NCBI GenBank assembly: GCA_044359815.1
Contig: JBIKLL010000061.1
Location: 1 to 16,682 of the forward strand
Direction of reading: 5' to 3'
From: Pseudobdellovibrionaceae bacterium
GTDB lineage: Bacteria > Bdellovibrionota > Bdellovibrionia > Bdellovibrionales > Bdellovibrionaceae
DNA length: 16,682 nt
Below the pieces are notes generated by a model. It had not been told where the DNA came from, did not search any database, and saw only the letters and a list, made by a program, of their open reading frames with translations. Position numbers and translations under genes: made by a program. Every line of letters begins with the position of its first letter. The stretch's first letter is position 1. Of the stretch, positions 1 through 9,085 are shown in pieces.

Positions 1-20
1 AATTTAACCAAGCTCCTGAA

Positions 21-248
21 TAATAAATTATCATAAACCAAATTAAATGACACAACACCAGATATGCCATGCGCGCTCGCAAATGTATTCAAAAGGTATA
101 AAATAAAGAAATATTTGAAAATAGAAAATCTGGCTTCAGAAGACTAGCTCTAGATTGATTAATCGCTTTCAAATTTATGACACAATACGAGAGATGAGCT
201 TGCGGCCGTTAGCAAGTATTCACAAGATGTAAAATCATAGACATATTT
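21..248 (+). repeat. A/B motif repeat element, locus 1 (17-mer 21-37, motif B 53-80, motif A 183-213; 130-bp-period direct repeat)
   Basis: Motifs and 17-mer recur at 13826-14236. Downstream flanks 85-116 and 216-248 align with 5 mismatches and 1 indel. May continue left of the window. Confidence 0.85.
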
Positions 249-314
249 TTTTAAAATTTATTTTTTTGTTTTTGAACTTATCTTTGGGCGGTGGAGTTCA
301 GATTCAGGTGTAAA

Positions 315-1148
315 TCAGCTGGCGCGGCGTTGGAATATTTTGCTGAGGCTTCCGTCCAAGAACTCGTTGATGTATTCGGAAACTTTCGGTCCGTTTTCTA
401 AGGTCATGATATGACCGTAGCCCTTTAGGTTCACCACATAATCACAACTGAACCATTCGGCAAAAACCTCGTGGGAAAAATTGCGAAACAAGGGATCTTT
501 AACGTCGTAAATCAGCATAGCCGGATGAATCCACTGATCCATGCGATCTCTCCAATAGGACCAATTTTCATTGCGGCAAATCCAACTGAATCTATGGGTG
601 ATGTGGGTCAAAAAATCAAGCTTACGCCCCTTAAGGTTGTAGGAACGGTCTTTGTAATGTTCACGTTCTGCTCTGAATATATGGGTGGCTGTTTTAAAAA
701 AATGTTTTCCAATCACTGTCATAAACAGCAATCGCATAATGAATGCAGGTATAGGAAATGCCAAAACCATTTTGACAATACCCCAGTTAAAAAACTCGAT
801 AGGTTTAGGAGGCATTGGATTTATAAAAATCACTTTTTCTACCATTTCGGGATATCGCAGCGATAATCCCCAAACGATGGCTGCGCCATAACTGAGTCCA
901 CAAAAATGAAATTTTTGACCTCTCCAGTTTTCACGTAAAAAATCAGCCAATTGATCTATCTGCTTTGAAAATGAAATCGCTTCTTTGCCCATAAACAAAT
1001 GGGTCATGTTAGGTACGATGACATTAAAATTTGTATTTAGCAGTGGGACAACTGTATCCCAATGATGAACACTTCCCCCGTATCCGTGGATCAAGATAAT
1101 TTTTTTTCCGGAACCTGACTGTGTAAAAGTGATTTTGCTTTTGTTCAT
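315..1148 (-). CDS. alpha/beta fold hydrolase
   Basis: HGYGG oxyanion motif, GLSYG nucleophile elbow (G-x-S-x-G), candidate acid residue in DPLF and His in GHIM. Start overlaps the upstream stop (ATGA). Confidence 0.9.
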   Translation of the reverse strand: MNKSKITFTQSGSGKKIILIHGYGGSVHHWDTVVPLLNTNFNVIVPNMTHLFMGKEAISFSKQIDQLADFLRENWRGQKFHFCGLSYGAAIVWGLSLRYPEMVEKVIFINPMPPKPIEFFNWGIVKMVLAFPIPAFIMRLLFMTVIGKHFFKTATHIFRAEREHYKDRSYNLKGRKLDFLTHITHRFSWICRNENWSYWRDRMDQWIHPAMLIYDVKDPLFRNFSHEVFAEWFSCDYVVNLKGYGHIMTLENGPKVSEYINEFLDGSLSKIFQRRAS

Positions 1149-1636
1149 TGCTTGGCCACGAATTCCAGTTTTTCTTTTTTGCCGGCGGCACTGACACAGG
1201 CCATCAGATCGATTTCGTTATTTGACGACACAAAAGTCGCCCCACACATAAATACAGGATAAAGCTGCTCGCGGGTCGCGCCTTCTTTGTAAAATTCATT
1301 TATCAGCACAATGATTCTGTCAAAATTTCCGTAGCGCTTAAGATTGTACAGACATTTGCCGCCAGATTTTTTTACCTTGGATGAGATTTCACAATCAGTC
1401 AGATAATCCAAATACATCGAAATCAAGCCGCGCTCTTGGGCACCTGTTGAATTTTTAAAATGACTGTCAAAGGTATCATGGATCGACCAAGGATTATTAC
1501 GATCAACATTAAAACTAAACAGCATTTCAAATCGATTTTTAATGTCTTCGTTGACATTAAATTTCTTGGCAGGCCCATCCTGCGCCATCGATTGAAAACT
1601 AATGACTGAAAAGAATAAAATTATAAGTGCTTTCAT
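1145..1636 (-). CDS. secreted hypothetical protein
   Basis: 163-aa ORF with Sec-type signal peptide (MKALIILFFSVISFQSMA/Q) and four Cys. Translationally coupled to the hydrolase. Confidence 0.75.
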   Translation of the reverse strand: MKALIILFFSVISFQSMAQDGPAKKFNVNEDIKNRFEMLFSFNVDRNNPWSIHDTFDSHFKNSTGAQERGLISMYLDYLTDCEISSKVKKSGGKCLYNLKRYGNFDRIIVLINEFYKEGATREQLYPVFMCGATFVSSNNEIDLMACVSAAGKKEKLEFVAKQ

Positions 1637-1646
1637 CCACTTAAAC

Positions 1647-1673
1647 TCATCGGAATCAGCAATTCAGTATTTA
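1647..1673 (-). promoter_or_regulatory. putative sigma-28 (FliA) promoter
   Basis: Minus strand reads TAAA-N15-TCCGATGA against the consensus TAAA-N15-GCCGATAA, ending 10 nt before the ATG at 1636. Confidence 0.55.
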
Positions 1674-2087
1674 AGGCTTGTTTTGCCCTTTATCACCAGA
1701 TTCCAGGACCAAAGTCCCTTGTTTTGCGACTGAAACAGTGGGTGCTGAGCCCTTAGGAGCTTTGTAGCCTCTGATTTTTTTGTTAGCTGAATCATTTCGA
1801 TCCTGATGTTCGCTAATATCAATAACCATGGGACCAAAACAGCGAAGCTGACAGGACAGCCGTCTTTGATCGATGTAATAACTGGTACCAATCAAACTGA
1901 GCTCAGCCTTGGAAGGCGGTAAAACATTGTTTTCTCCCTCTACAATTTTAATCCGGCATTCCGCACAGCTGGGAACACCTTTGCAAAGCGATTTGATAAA
2001 AATCCCATTATCCATGCAATTTTGCAGCAGTGATTTGTTGGGATCCAGTTCTATTTCTTGATTTGTCGGCAAAAATTTAATTTTCAT
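1671..2087 (-). CDS. 2Fe-2S ferredoxin-domain protein with basic C-terminal extension
   Basis: [10 protein letters not shown] (C-x5-C-x2-C) and RLSCQ motifs. Confidence 0.9.
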   Translation of the reverse strand: MKIKFLPTNQEIELDPNKSLLQNCMDNGIFIKSLCKGVPSCAECRIKIVEGENNVLPPSKAELSLIGTSYYIDQRRLSCQLRCFGPMVIDISEHQDRNDSANKKIRGYKAPKGSAPTVSVAKQGTLVLESGDKGQNKP

Positions 2088-3316
2088 TCTATCACCAATT
2101 TTGCAAATTTCTTTTTACCGGCTTTGATCAATATTTGGGCGCCGGGTTTTAAATCTAATTTTAGTTTTTCATCACTGACTTTTTGACCATCGATTTCGAC
2201 TGCATTTCCCTGAATCAGTCGCTTGGCCTCGCCATTGGAAGTGCTTAAACCCGCTTGAGTTAACAGCTGACAAACACCAACGCCAGATGCTGATTTTAAT
2301 TTCACCGTGGGGATTTCATCAGGAAGACCTTTTTGTACGAACACACGATTAAATTCTTCTTCGGCTTTTTGTGCAGCCGTTGAATCATGAAATCTGGCCA
2401 CCAGAGTTTTTGCTAATTGAACTTTGATTTCACGAGGATGTTTTTTGCCGGATTTCATATCGCTTTTCAGATTTTCAACCTGAGCTGATGTTAAATCTGT
2501 GAGCAATAAATAATATTTAAACATCAGCTCATCATTGATCCTCATGGTTTTGCCAAACATGTCCTTGGGACTATCAACGACTGAAATATAATTATCCATG
2601 CTTTTTGACATTTTGTGAACGCCATCAGTGCCCTCTAGCAACGGCACAGTGATCACTGCCTGCTGGTATTTAGAGCCATAGCTTTTTTGCAGCTCTCGCC
2701 CCACCAGCAAATTAAATTTTTGATCAGTACCACCTAGCTCAATGTCCGATTTTAAAAACACTGAATCGTAACCTTGCACCAAAGGGTACAAAAACTCATG
2801 CACACTTATGGGAGTGTTTGATTTAAATCTTTTGGTAAAATCATCTCTTTCCAGCATTCTGGCCACTGTGTACTGAGCCGCTAGCTTGATAAATTCGGCA
2901 GGTTTTAAAATATTTAACCAATGCGAATTATATACCACGTCTGTTTTATCTTTATCTAAAACTCGAAACACTTGCTCGGCATAGGTCTTTGCATTGGCCT
3001 GAATTTCTTCAGGACTCAATGGGGGCCTGGTTTCATTACGGCCGGTGGGATCACCAATAAGCGCCGTAAAGTCGCCGATGATAAACTGCACCCTATGACC
3101 AAAATTCTGAAACTGCCTGAGCTTATTGAAAACCACAGTGTGGCCTAAATGCAAATCGGACCTGGTAGGATCAGCGCCAAATTTTATCAGCAAAGGTTTT
3201 TTGTTTTTATAACTGACTTCAAGCTTCGCCAAAATCTCAGCGTCGCTAATAAAATCAACCGTCCCCGCTTTCAGGTGTTCCAGTTGTTCTTTTGGAGTCG
3301 CTTTGCTTAAATCCAT
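2084..3316 (-). CDS. tyrS: tyrosine--tRNA ligase
   Basis: HLGH (HIGH) and KMSKS motifs, GGTDQKFN, C-terminal S4-like domain. Confidence 0.98.
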   Translation of the reverse strand: MDLSKATPKEQLEHLKAGTVDFISDAEILAKLEVSYKNKKPLLIKFGADPTRSDLHLGHTVVFNKLRQFQNFGHRVQFIIGDFTALIGDPTGRNETRPPLSPEEIQANAKTYAEQVFRVLDKDKTDVVYNSHWLNILKPAEFIKLAAQYTVARMLERDDFTKRFKSNTPISVHEFLYPLVQGYDSVFLKSDIELGGTDQKFNLLVGRELQKSYGSKYQQAVITVPLLEGTDGVHKMSKSMDNYISVVDSPKDMFGKTMRINDELMFKYYLLLTDLTSAQVENLKSDMKSGKKHPREIKVQLAKTLVARFHDSTAAQKAEEEFNRVFVQKGLPDEIPTVKLKSASGVGVCQLLTQAGLSTSNGEAKRLIQGNAVEIDGQKVSDEKLKLDLKPGAQILIKAGKKKFAKLVIE

Positions 3317-4881
3317 TACCTGGCCATCTCGACACTTCTGGTTTCACGAATCACAGAAACTCGCACTGATCCCAAATGAGGCATTTCGCGTTCGATTTTT
3401 TTAACAATATCGCGATTTAAAATTGAAGTCTGTTCATCGGTGACTCGGCTGGCTTCAACCAACACCCTGACCTCTTTACCCGCTTGCACGGCATAAGTTC
3501 TGGCCACTCCATCAAAGCTGTTACCAATGCTTTCCAAATCCTGCAGACGATTAATGTAATTATCCATTCCCGGTCTGCGAGCTCCAGGCCTTGAATTTGA
3601 TAGCATATTTGCTGTCTGCACCAAATAGGCCACTGTTGAATTTGGATTTTCCTCGTTATGATGTGCACGCACAGCGTGGCAGACGGCTTCGTTTTCACCG
3701 TATTTTTTCAAAAATTCGGCGCCCACAATTGCGTGACTGCCCTCAACGGTGTGATCAACACCTTTGCCAATATCGTGCAACAATCCTGCCCTTTGTGCCA
3801 ACTTCACATTGGCACCCATTTCAGAAGCCATGATTCCAGCCAAATAAGCGACTTCTATACTGTGATTTAACAGATTCTGCGTGTGACTGTGTCTGTACCG
3901 TAGTGATCCCAGAATTTTAATAATTTCTGAATGCAGATTGGTCACACCCAAATCAACGGCAACCTTATCACCGTCTTCACGGATGGATTTATTCAGTTCA
4001 GTTCGCATTTTTTCAACGACTTCTTCGATGCGCGCAGGATGAACCCTGCCATCTTCCATAAGTTTTTCCAAAGTGCGTTTTGCCAGTTCACGGCGAACAG
4101 GATCAAAACCTGAAATAACCACGGCCTCGGGAGTGTCATCAACAATCAAATCCACTCCGCAAAGAGCTTCCAGGGTTCTGATATTACGGCCTTCTCGACC
4201 AATGATTTTGCCCTTCATTTCGTCACTAGGCAGTGACAGAACACTAACTGTTCTTTCAGAAGTGTAATCCCCTGCAAATCGGCACATGGCCACGGCTAAA
4301 ATTCTGCGAGCTTTTTTGTCAGCTTCGGCTTCCGCGGTTTTTTCAATTTCTTTGATTTTAGTTGCTGCCACTATTTTGGCGTCTTCTTGTAAAGCATCAA
4401 CCAATTCTCGTTTTGCTTCTTCGGGTGACATCCCTGCCACTCTGGATAGCTTCATGCTGAGCTCTTGATTTTCAGCTTCTGTTTTGCGTTCAAGCTCTCT
4501 GATTCGGTCTTCAGCTATTGAAATTTTGTCCTGTCTGGATTTGAGCTGCAGATTAAATCTGTCGTTTTCCTCAATGCGATTTTTATGAACATCATCCAGT
4601 TCCTTCAGTTTTCTATCAAACTGCTGTTCTTGGTTTTTCAGTTTTGATTTTTGTTTTTGAATTTCTTGTTCCGCATTTCTGCGAGCTCTGTTTTCAAAAT
4701 CTTTGGCTCGGTTTTTGGCGTCCCGGTCAATCTTTGCGGCCTCTGTGTTGGCTCTTTGAATGATTCTGTCGGCTTCAATCTTAGCAGATTTTTTCTTGGC
4801 ATCATCTTGAACTTTTTTGAAATAAAAAGTGATCGCTCCACCTAAAAATAAGCCCACTAAACTGGCAATCATGGCTTCCAT
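3316..4881 (-). CDS. rny: ribonuclease Y
   Basis: N-terminal TM helix, coiled coil, KH domain ([13 protein letters not shown]), HD domain (LLHDIGK), RPGAR and IRETR motifs. Confidence 0.96.
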   Translation of the reverse strand: MEAMIASLVGLFLGGAITFYFKKVQDDAKKKSAKIEADRIIQRANTEAAKIDRDAKNRAKDFENRARRNAEQEIQKQKSKLKNQEQQFDRKLKELDDVHKNRIEENDRFNLQLKSRQDKISIAEDRIRELERKTEAENQELSMKLSRVAGMSPEEAKRELVDALQEDAKIVAATKIKEIEKTAEAEADKKARRILAVAMCRFAGDYTSERTVSVLSLPSDEMKGKIIGREGRNIRTLEALCGVDLIVDDTPEAVVISGFDPVRRELAKRTLEKLMEDGRVHPARIEEVVEKMRTELNKSIREDGDKVAVDLGVTNLHSEIIKILGSLRYRHSHTQNLLNHSIEVAYLAGIMASEMGANVKLAQRAGLLHDIGKGVDHTVEGSHAIVGAEFLKKYGENEAVCHAVRAHHNEENPNSTVAYLVQTANMLSNSRPGARRPGMDNYINRLQDLESIGNSFDGVARTYAVQAGKEVRVLVEASRVTDEQTSILNRDIVKKIEREMPHLGSVRVSVIRETRSVEMAR

Positions 4882-4893
4882 TTAATTTTCCTT

Positions 4894-5391
4894 TCAGTTT
4901 CCAATCTCAATTACACATTTATCAGTCACAATAAAATTCATCTTCACGTCATGGCCTTCGTCAGGGATTTTGTCTGACAAAAATTCATGAAAACAAACGC
5001 CAATTCTTAGTGGCTTTTGCTTCGCGAAGTATTTGTCAAAATGCCCTTTGCCCCTGCCCAGCCTGAAACCCCTTTTGTCAAAAGACAATCCTGGTATCAT
5101 CAAAGCCTCGGGCCTAACCCCATTTCCCTGCTGATCAAAATAATTTATTTGATCACCAATAACCTGGGGGTAACTGAAAAAACCTTTACCAAAAACATTT
5201 TCGATAAAGATCAAATCAGGTTCATGTTTAAATAATTTGTTGATGATGGGTTTGAATGATCCCCAGCTCACATTGTGGCTTTTGATAAGTTCAGTTAAAT
5301 TCTGAATCATCAAAAAATATTGCGACACTTTTGGAATAAAACTTATTTCCGAAAAATATCTGCGAGCAGAGTCTTTAGTATCAAAAATCAT
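4894..5391 (-). CDS. 5-formyltetrahydrofolate cyclo-ligase family protein (YgfA/Fau-like)
   Basis: PGLSFDKRGFRLGRGKGHFDKY and HDVKMNFIVT motifs. Typical position between zapA and rny. Confidence 0.88.
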   Translation of the reverse strand: MIFDTKDSARRYFSEISFIPKVSQYFLMIQNLTELIKSHNVSWGSFKPIINKLFKHEPDLIFIENVFGKGFFSYPQVIGDQINYFDQQGNGVRPEALMIPGLSFDKRGFRLGRGKGHFDKYFAKQKPLRIGVCFHEFLSDKIPDEGHDVKMNFIVTDKCVIEIGN

Positions 5392-5412
5392 AACTACACC
5401 AAAATCAAAAAA

Positions 5413-5766
5413 CTATTTCTGACTTTTGATGTGCTCTAATTCACTGGAGATTTGGTGGGCCTTTTCCTCGATTTTAGCCAATTCTTTTGCGGCTTTTCTT
5501 TTAAGCAGAATCAACTCTTCGGCAATATTCAGTGCAGCCAGTACAGCTGCGCTTTGTAAAGAACCCTTTTTAGTCGCCTGCATCGCCTGATTGATTTTTT
5601 GATCAACGAAATCGACCAAATTTTGCACAGTAGCTTCATCATGAGAGGATTTTAATCTGTAAGGCAAACCTGCAATTGTAAATTCAAATGTCTGTTTGTC
5701 TTTAACACTGTGATTGGTTTCAATGCTGTCTTTATTTAATGGCTTGTTTTCCAAGGCGTCTAACAT
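5413..5766 (-). CDS. zapA: cell division protein ZapA
   Basis: FTIAGLPYRL ... VDFVDQKI ... AVLAALNIAEEL signature and C-terminal coiled coil. Confidence 0.92.
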   Translation of the reverse strand: MLDALENKPLNKDSIETNHSVKDKQTFEFTIAGLPYRLKSSHDEATVQNLVDFVDQKINQAMQATKKGSLQSAAVLAALNIAEELILLKRKAAKELAKIEEKAHQISSELEHIKSQK

Positions 5767-5873
5767 TTATGCTTTCCGTTCAGCTCACAGTCTGTAAGTT
5801 CTTGAAACTCATACAGAACAGCGAATCTCCAACTGTTAATTAGACCACATACAATTAAGTCTTGGTCGCCTTA

Positions 5874-5901
5874 AGTATACTCTGGAAGTGATTGATATCA
5901 A
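5874..5901 (-). promoter_or_regulatory. putative sigma-70 promoter of the zapA operon
   Basis: Minus strand TTGATA-N16-TATACT about 105 nt upstream of the zapA ATG. Confidence 0.5.
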
Positions 5902-5925
5902 AAGATTTATTGCAATTGCTTTGCG

Positions 5926-7089
5926 TTAATTCGACGACACACAGTTCATTAACTTTTCCAGATTAGTTCCTGTGGTGTTTTGCAAGGGTCCAAAGTGATT
6001 ATAGGACTTCCCAGCGGCAAAGTGCAAAGAAACACAGCGGTTGTTGGGGTCTTTCAATTTTCCTGAAACCAGATTTAGCGGCGCGGTGCTACTGGCAGAG
6101 CTTGTGTTTACCTGCACTGAAAAAGTCTGATGGATTTTGTCGATGCCGCAAAAAGCGTTAAAGGTCTGATAACCGCTACCAAATAGTTTAATCATGTCGC
6201 CCTGACTGCCATCCTGATTGACAGAACAGCTAGGGTTGATGCGGTTCCATTGTTTTAAACAGGCGTAAATGTTTCCGTTAGAATTGGGCGTGAATTGAAA
6301 CAGGCCAATGTTCAATCTGCTGACAGCGCTTTGGCTGGGATCTTCATAAAAAGCCACACCTGATGGTCTGGTGTAACCTGCTGGTTGGTATTTCTGAGCC
6401 ACACTGATGGATGAACTGCTGTCAGGATTTCCCAAAGACTCGGCCATCGAAAGGCACATAAAAAATTTGCTCCAATGTTTTACCAGTTTGATTTCAGAAT
6501 CTGTTTCGTTATTCAAAAATTGTGATCTGAGCAAATTATTTTGATTAACAAAGGCATTGATTTTACTAATTGTCGCCGTTGACGGAACGTATGAAGCTCC
6601 TCCAAGGGTTTTAGTCAGCGAGCTGACGCTGACTGGACACATAGGGTGCGACACTAATGATACAGGTTTTGCGACACTGGATGACGGCAACGAATAACTG
6701 CTGGCCACATAATCCAGCTGAGCCACTCGGGTTTCCAGATGACCATAGGCAAAATAAGCTATCCTGTCGGCAAAGCGATTTTGTCCCTGTAATTCAGGGA
6801 TGCATGAATCCTGTGGGACCAAACTGCTGGCTGATCGGGTTTTCGTCAGTTGATTTTGTTGGGGCACACGCTTGTCAACCACCAGGGCCACAGGCGATGC
6901 CACATCTAAAAACAAATCATACTGCATTTTAGGAACTGTTTGGTCAGGGGCCGGAGGTTCATCAATATTCATCCCTAATTCTGAACTTAAATCTACAGAT
7001 GAATTAATTTCGGGATCTGAACAACCCACTAATGTTGCCAACAGTGTAGACAGGTAAAAAATTCGAAACCAGTTTAGTCCAATAAGCAT
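5926..7089 (-). CDS. cysteine-rich lipoprotein with possible lysozyme-like/lytic transglycosylase domain
   Basis: Lipobox LVGC. MAESLG and NIGLFQF resemble SLT motifs I (ES) and II (GLMQ/GLFQ). The CDS is well supported; the function is inferred. Confidence 0.65.
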   Translation of the reverse strand: MLIGLNWFRIFYLSTLLATLVGCSDPEINSSVDLSSELGMNIDEPPAPDQTVPKMQYDLFLDVASPVALVVDKRVPQQNQLTKTRSASSLVPQDSCIPELQGQNRFADRIAYFAYGHLETRVAQLDYVASSYSLPSSSVAKPVSLVSHPMCPVSVSSLTKTLGGASYVPSTATISKINAFVNQNNLLRSQFLNNETDSEIKLVKHWSKFFMCLSMAESLGNPDSSSSISVAQKYQPAGYTRPSGVAFYEDPSQSAVSRLNIGLFQFTPNSNGNIYACLKQWNRINPSCSVNQDGSQGDMIKLFGSGYQTFNAFCGIDKIHQTFSVQVNTSSASSTAPLNLVSGKLKDPNNRCVSLHFAAGKSYNHFGPLQNTTGTNLEKLMNCVSSN

Positions 7090-7095
7090 ACCGGC

Positions 7096-7122
7096 TTATC
7101 GGCATTTGGTCCTGCTGATTAA
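7096..7122 (-). promoter_or_regulatory. putative sigma-28 (FliA) promoter, likely leaderless transcript
   Basis: Minus strand TTAA-N15-GCCGATAA (perfect -10), 6 nt before the ATG at 7089. Confidence 0.7.
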
Positions 7123-7255
7123 GGTTTGATGGTGACAAATTTTGTTTTTTTTAAGGGCTGATTTTAGTGACGAAATTTTTGACGGTACCATTGCTAAAAT
7201 TCAAAGATTCTGTCTTTCATTGTGACAGCTCACCGCACACCTTAGATTGTTCATT

Positions 7256-8266
7256 ATGTTGATAAAGTCTTCTCTTTTTATATCTGTATTAATGGCTATT
7301 GTTGTTGGCCATGCGGCGCCCTTTGTACCCTTCAGTGGCTCTTACAATCAGAGTTTACCCAATAAAGAACTGGTCATGAGTGCCACTCACCATTTAGCTA
7401 TTGAGGGAAGTTCTTGCACTGGGACCTTTATAAATAACGAAGGCTTTATTTTAACGGCTCAACACTGTTTAAATAAGTTGTTCTTAAACAGAGGGCTTAC
7501 TGAAAAAACAATTTTCTCAGATCAAATCGGCAGTTCCGAAGTTCATCGCATTCAACGTAACAAGCTGAATTCAGTAGAAGTTGAAATTGATTTCAGAAAC
7601 CTGACCCGCAACCAAAATTATGTGATCAAAAAATATAAAATCTTTGCCTTGGGTGCTTTTGGATGGATTCAGAATGTTTCCCAAATAACTACGGTCAACG
7701 TAAAAAATCTGGTTTCGCAAAGACTGAGTGGGCTTTCTAACGAAGGCGATTTTGTGATTCTGATGCCGTCCAATCCAGCTGAAAATATTGTGGGTCAATG
7801 GGCACAATCCAAAGACGTAGGAACAATTAATGTAAATTGTCTGAAAAATGACAACGTCTCAGGCGATACCGGATCGTTTATGTGGAATGTTAGTTTTCCT
7901 AAATTTCAACGCCAATCCCAGTCCAGCACTATGGACATGCAAATCTCTGAAGGGTATTTGAGGGATTCACTAGAGCAACTTGTAGGGGCTACCCAAGTGC
8001 CCTTTGAAAACATGGCCAGAAACCCCAAGCATATGATGTTAAGTGATGTGGATTTTGCCGGTGGCGCCAGTGGCTCTGTCATGATCAATGCCTTAGGCTA
8101 CATTGCAGGAATCAACGTAGCCAATGTCTTCAAGCGCACCGAATCCACTGAATTCAATCCTTTAGGAAGCACTTTGGGAATCAGGATTGAATTTATAATC
8201 CAGACTTTGCGAGAAATTTATGGCCAGGATGCTGTGTCCACAGCCTTCAATTGCCCTCAAGGGTGA
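7256..8266 (+). CDS. secreted trypsin-like (PA clan) serine protease
   Basis: Signal peptide; CTGTFI...LTAQHC (His), GDFVIL (Asp), GGASGS (Ser). ATG at 7256 preferred over TTG at 7247. Confidence 0.85.
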   Translation: MLIKSSLFISVLMAIVVGHAAPFVPFSGSYNQSLPNKELVMSATHHLAIEGSSCTGTFINNEGFILTAQHCLNKLFLNRGLTEKTIFSDQIGSSEVHRIQRNKLNSVEVEIDFRNLTRNQNYVIKKYKIFALGAFGWIQNVSQITTVNVKNLVSQRLSGLSNEGDFVILMPSNPAENIVGQWAQSKDVGTINVNCLKNDNVSGDTGSFMWNVSFPKFQRQSQSSTMDMQISEGYLRDSLEQLVGATQVPFENMARNPKHMMLSDVDFAGGASGSVMINALGYIAGINVANVFKRTESTEFNPLGSTLGIRIEFIIQTLREIYGQDAVSTAFNCPQG

Positions 8267-8413
8267 TCATTCATTGGCCAAGTCTGAAAATCCTTTGTGA
8301 CAATTTTTGTGACATCAGTTTTCCTAGTTTCAATTTAGAATTTGCAAGTATCAGTCACAAAAATTTTTAGTTATTATCACTATCGAAATATTTAACCGCT
8401 ATGGGTGGATTGC

Positions 8414-9085
8414 ATGAAAGATTCAGGATTATACAAAACAGTGAAATTTGTTTTTTTAATTTGCGCGTTAGCCGTTTTTGTTTATTCAACAATGGCTTTT
8501 GGCAATTTAGCTAGAGCTTCTGACGAAGTCTCAAGGGAATTCAACCCCTACAGAATGTGCAGTGTAAAGGTTCTGTGGCTGCCAACACAGAAAGTCTTGG
8601 TGAACACTGTCATTGAAACCAACGAATTCGTAAAAGAAGATCCTTATTTAAGAATCATCGAAAATCCCACCACAGGATTAAAACTGCGCTCTGTTTCATT
8701 GTACGCAGTCCAAGGTCCATTGTTGAAAACCTTGTTTCCTCACGACGCCCCTAAAATGATGACCGTGATAACTTTGGACAGATTTAAAGGTGAAATCAAG
8801 AGTGTTTTTGATCCATCAAACAATGTCAAAAAAGTTTCTTCAGCCAAAAAACCTAAACAGAAAGCGGTTGTAGCTATTATTATCCGCGAGGATGATAAAA
8901 AAGTTTACCGCGATCAGGACAATTACAGAATCATTAGTACTTGCCGAGCAGTAGTTCCCAAAGTTAAAAAGTACGCTCCTAGAACGCCTCGGGAGTTCGT
9001 TGTAGAGTCTGATGAAAAACATCAAATCGAAACTGAATTAACCAATGATGGATTCGATATACACAGAGCTAGCGAAGGTTTTTAG
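8414..9085 (+). CDS. secreted or membrane-anchored hypothetical protein
   Basis: Long ORF with hydrophobic N-terminal segment (FVFLICALAVFVYSTMAFG). ATG 8414 is the likely start, GTG 8405 an alternative. 3' end overlaps ftsY. Confidence 0.7.
   Translation: MKDSGLYKTVKFVFLICALAVFVYSTMAFGNLARASDEVSREFNPYRMCSVKVLWLPTQKVLVNTVIETNEFVKEDPYLRIIENPTTGLKLRSVSLYAVQGPLLKTLFPHDAPKMMTVITLDRFKGEIKSVFDPSNNVKKVSSAKKPKQKAVVAIIIREDDKKVYRDQDNYRIISTCRAVVPKVKKYAPRTPREFVVESDEKHQIETELTNDGFDIHRASEGF

Noticed and set aside
53..70. Motif B as an NrdR box (ACACCAGATAT...)
   Set aside because: The second half-site does not fit the palindromic consensus, there is no close tandem pair, and no nrd genes are visible.
273..300. 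Intrinsic terminator after the hydrolase (TGAACT...AGTTCA)
   Set aside because: The stem is weak, and on the minus strand it is followed by an A-tract rather than a U-tract.
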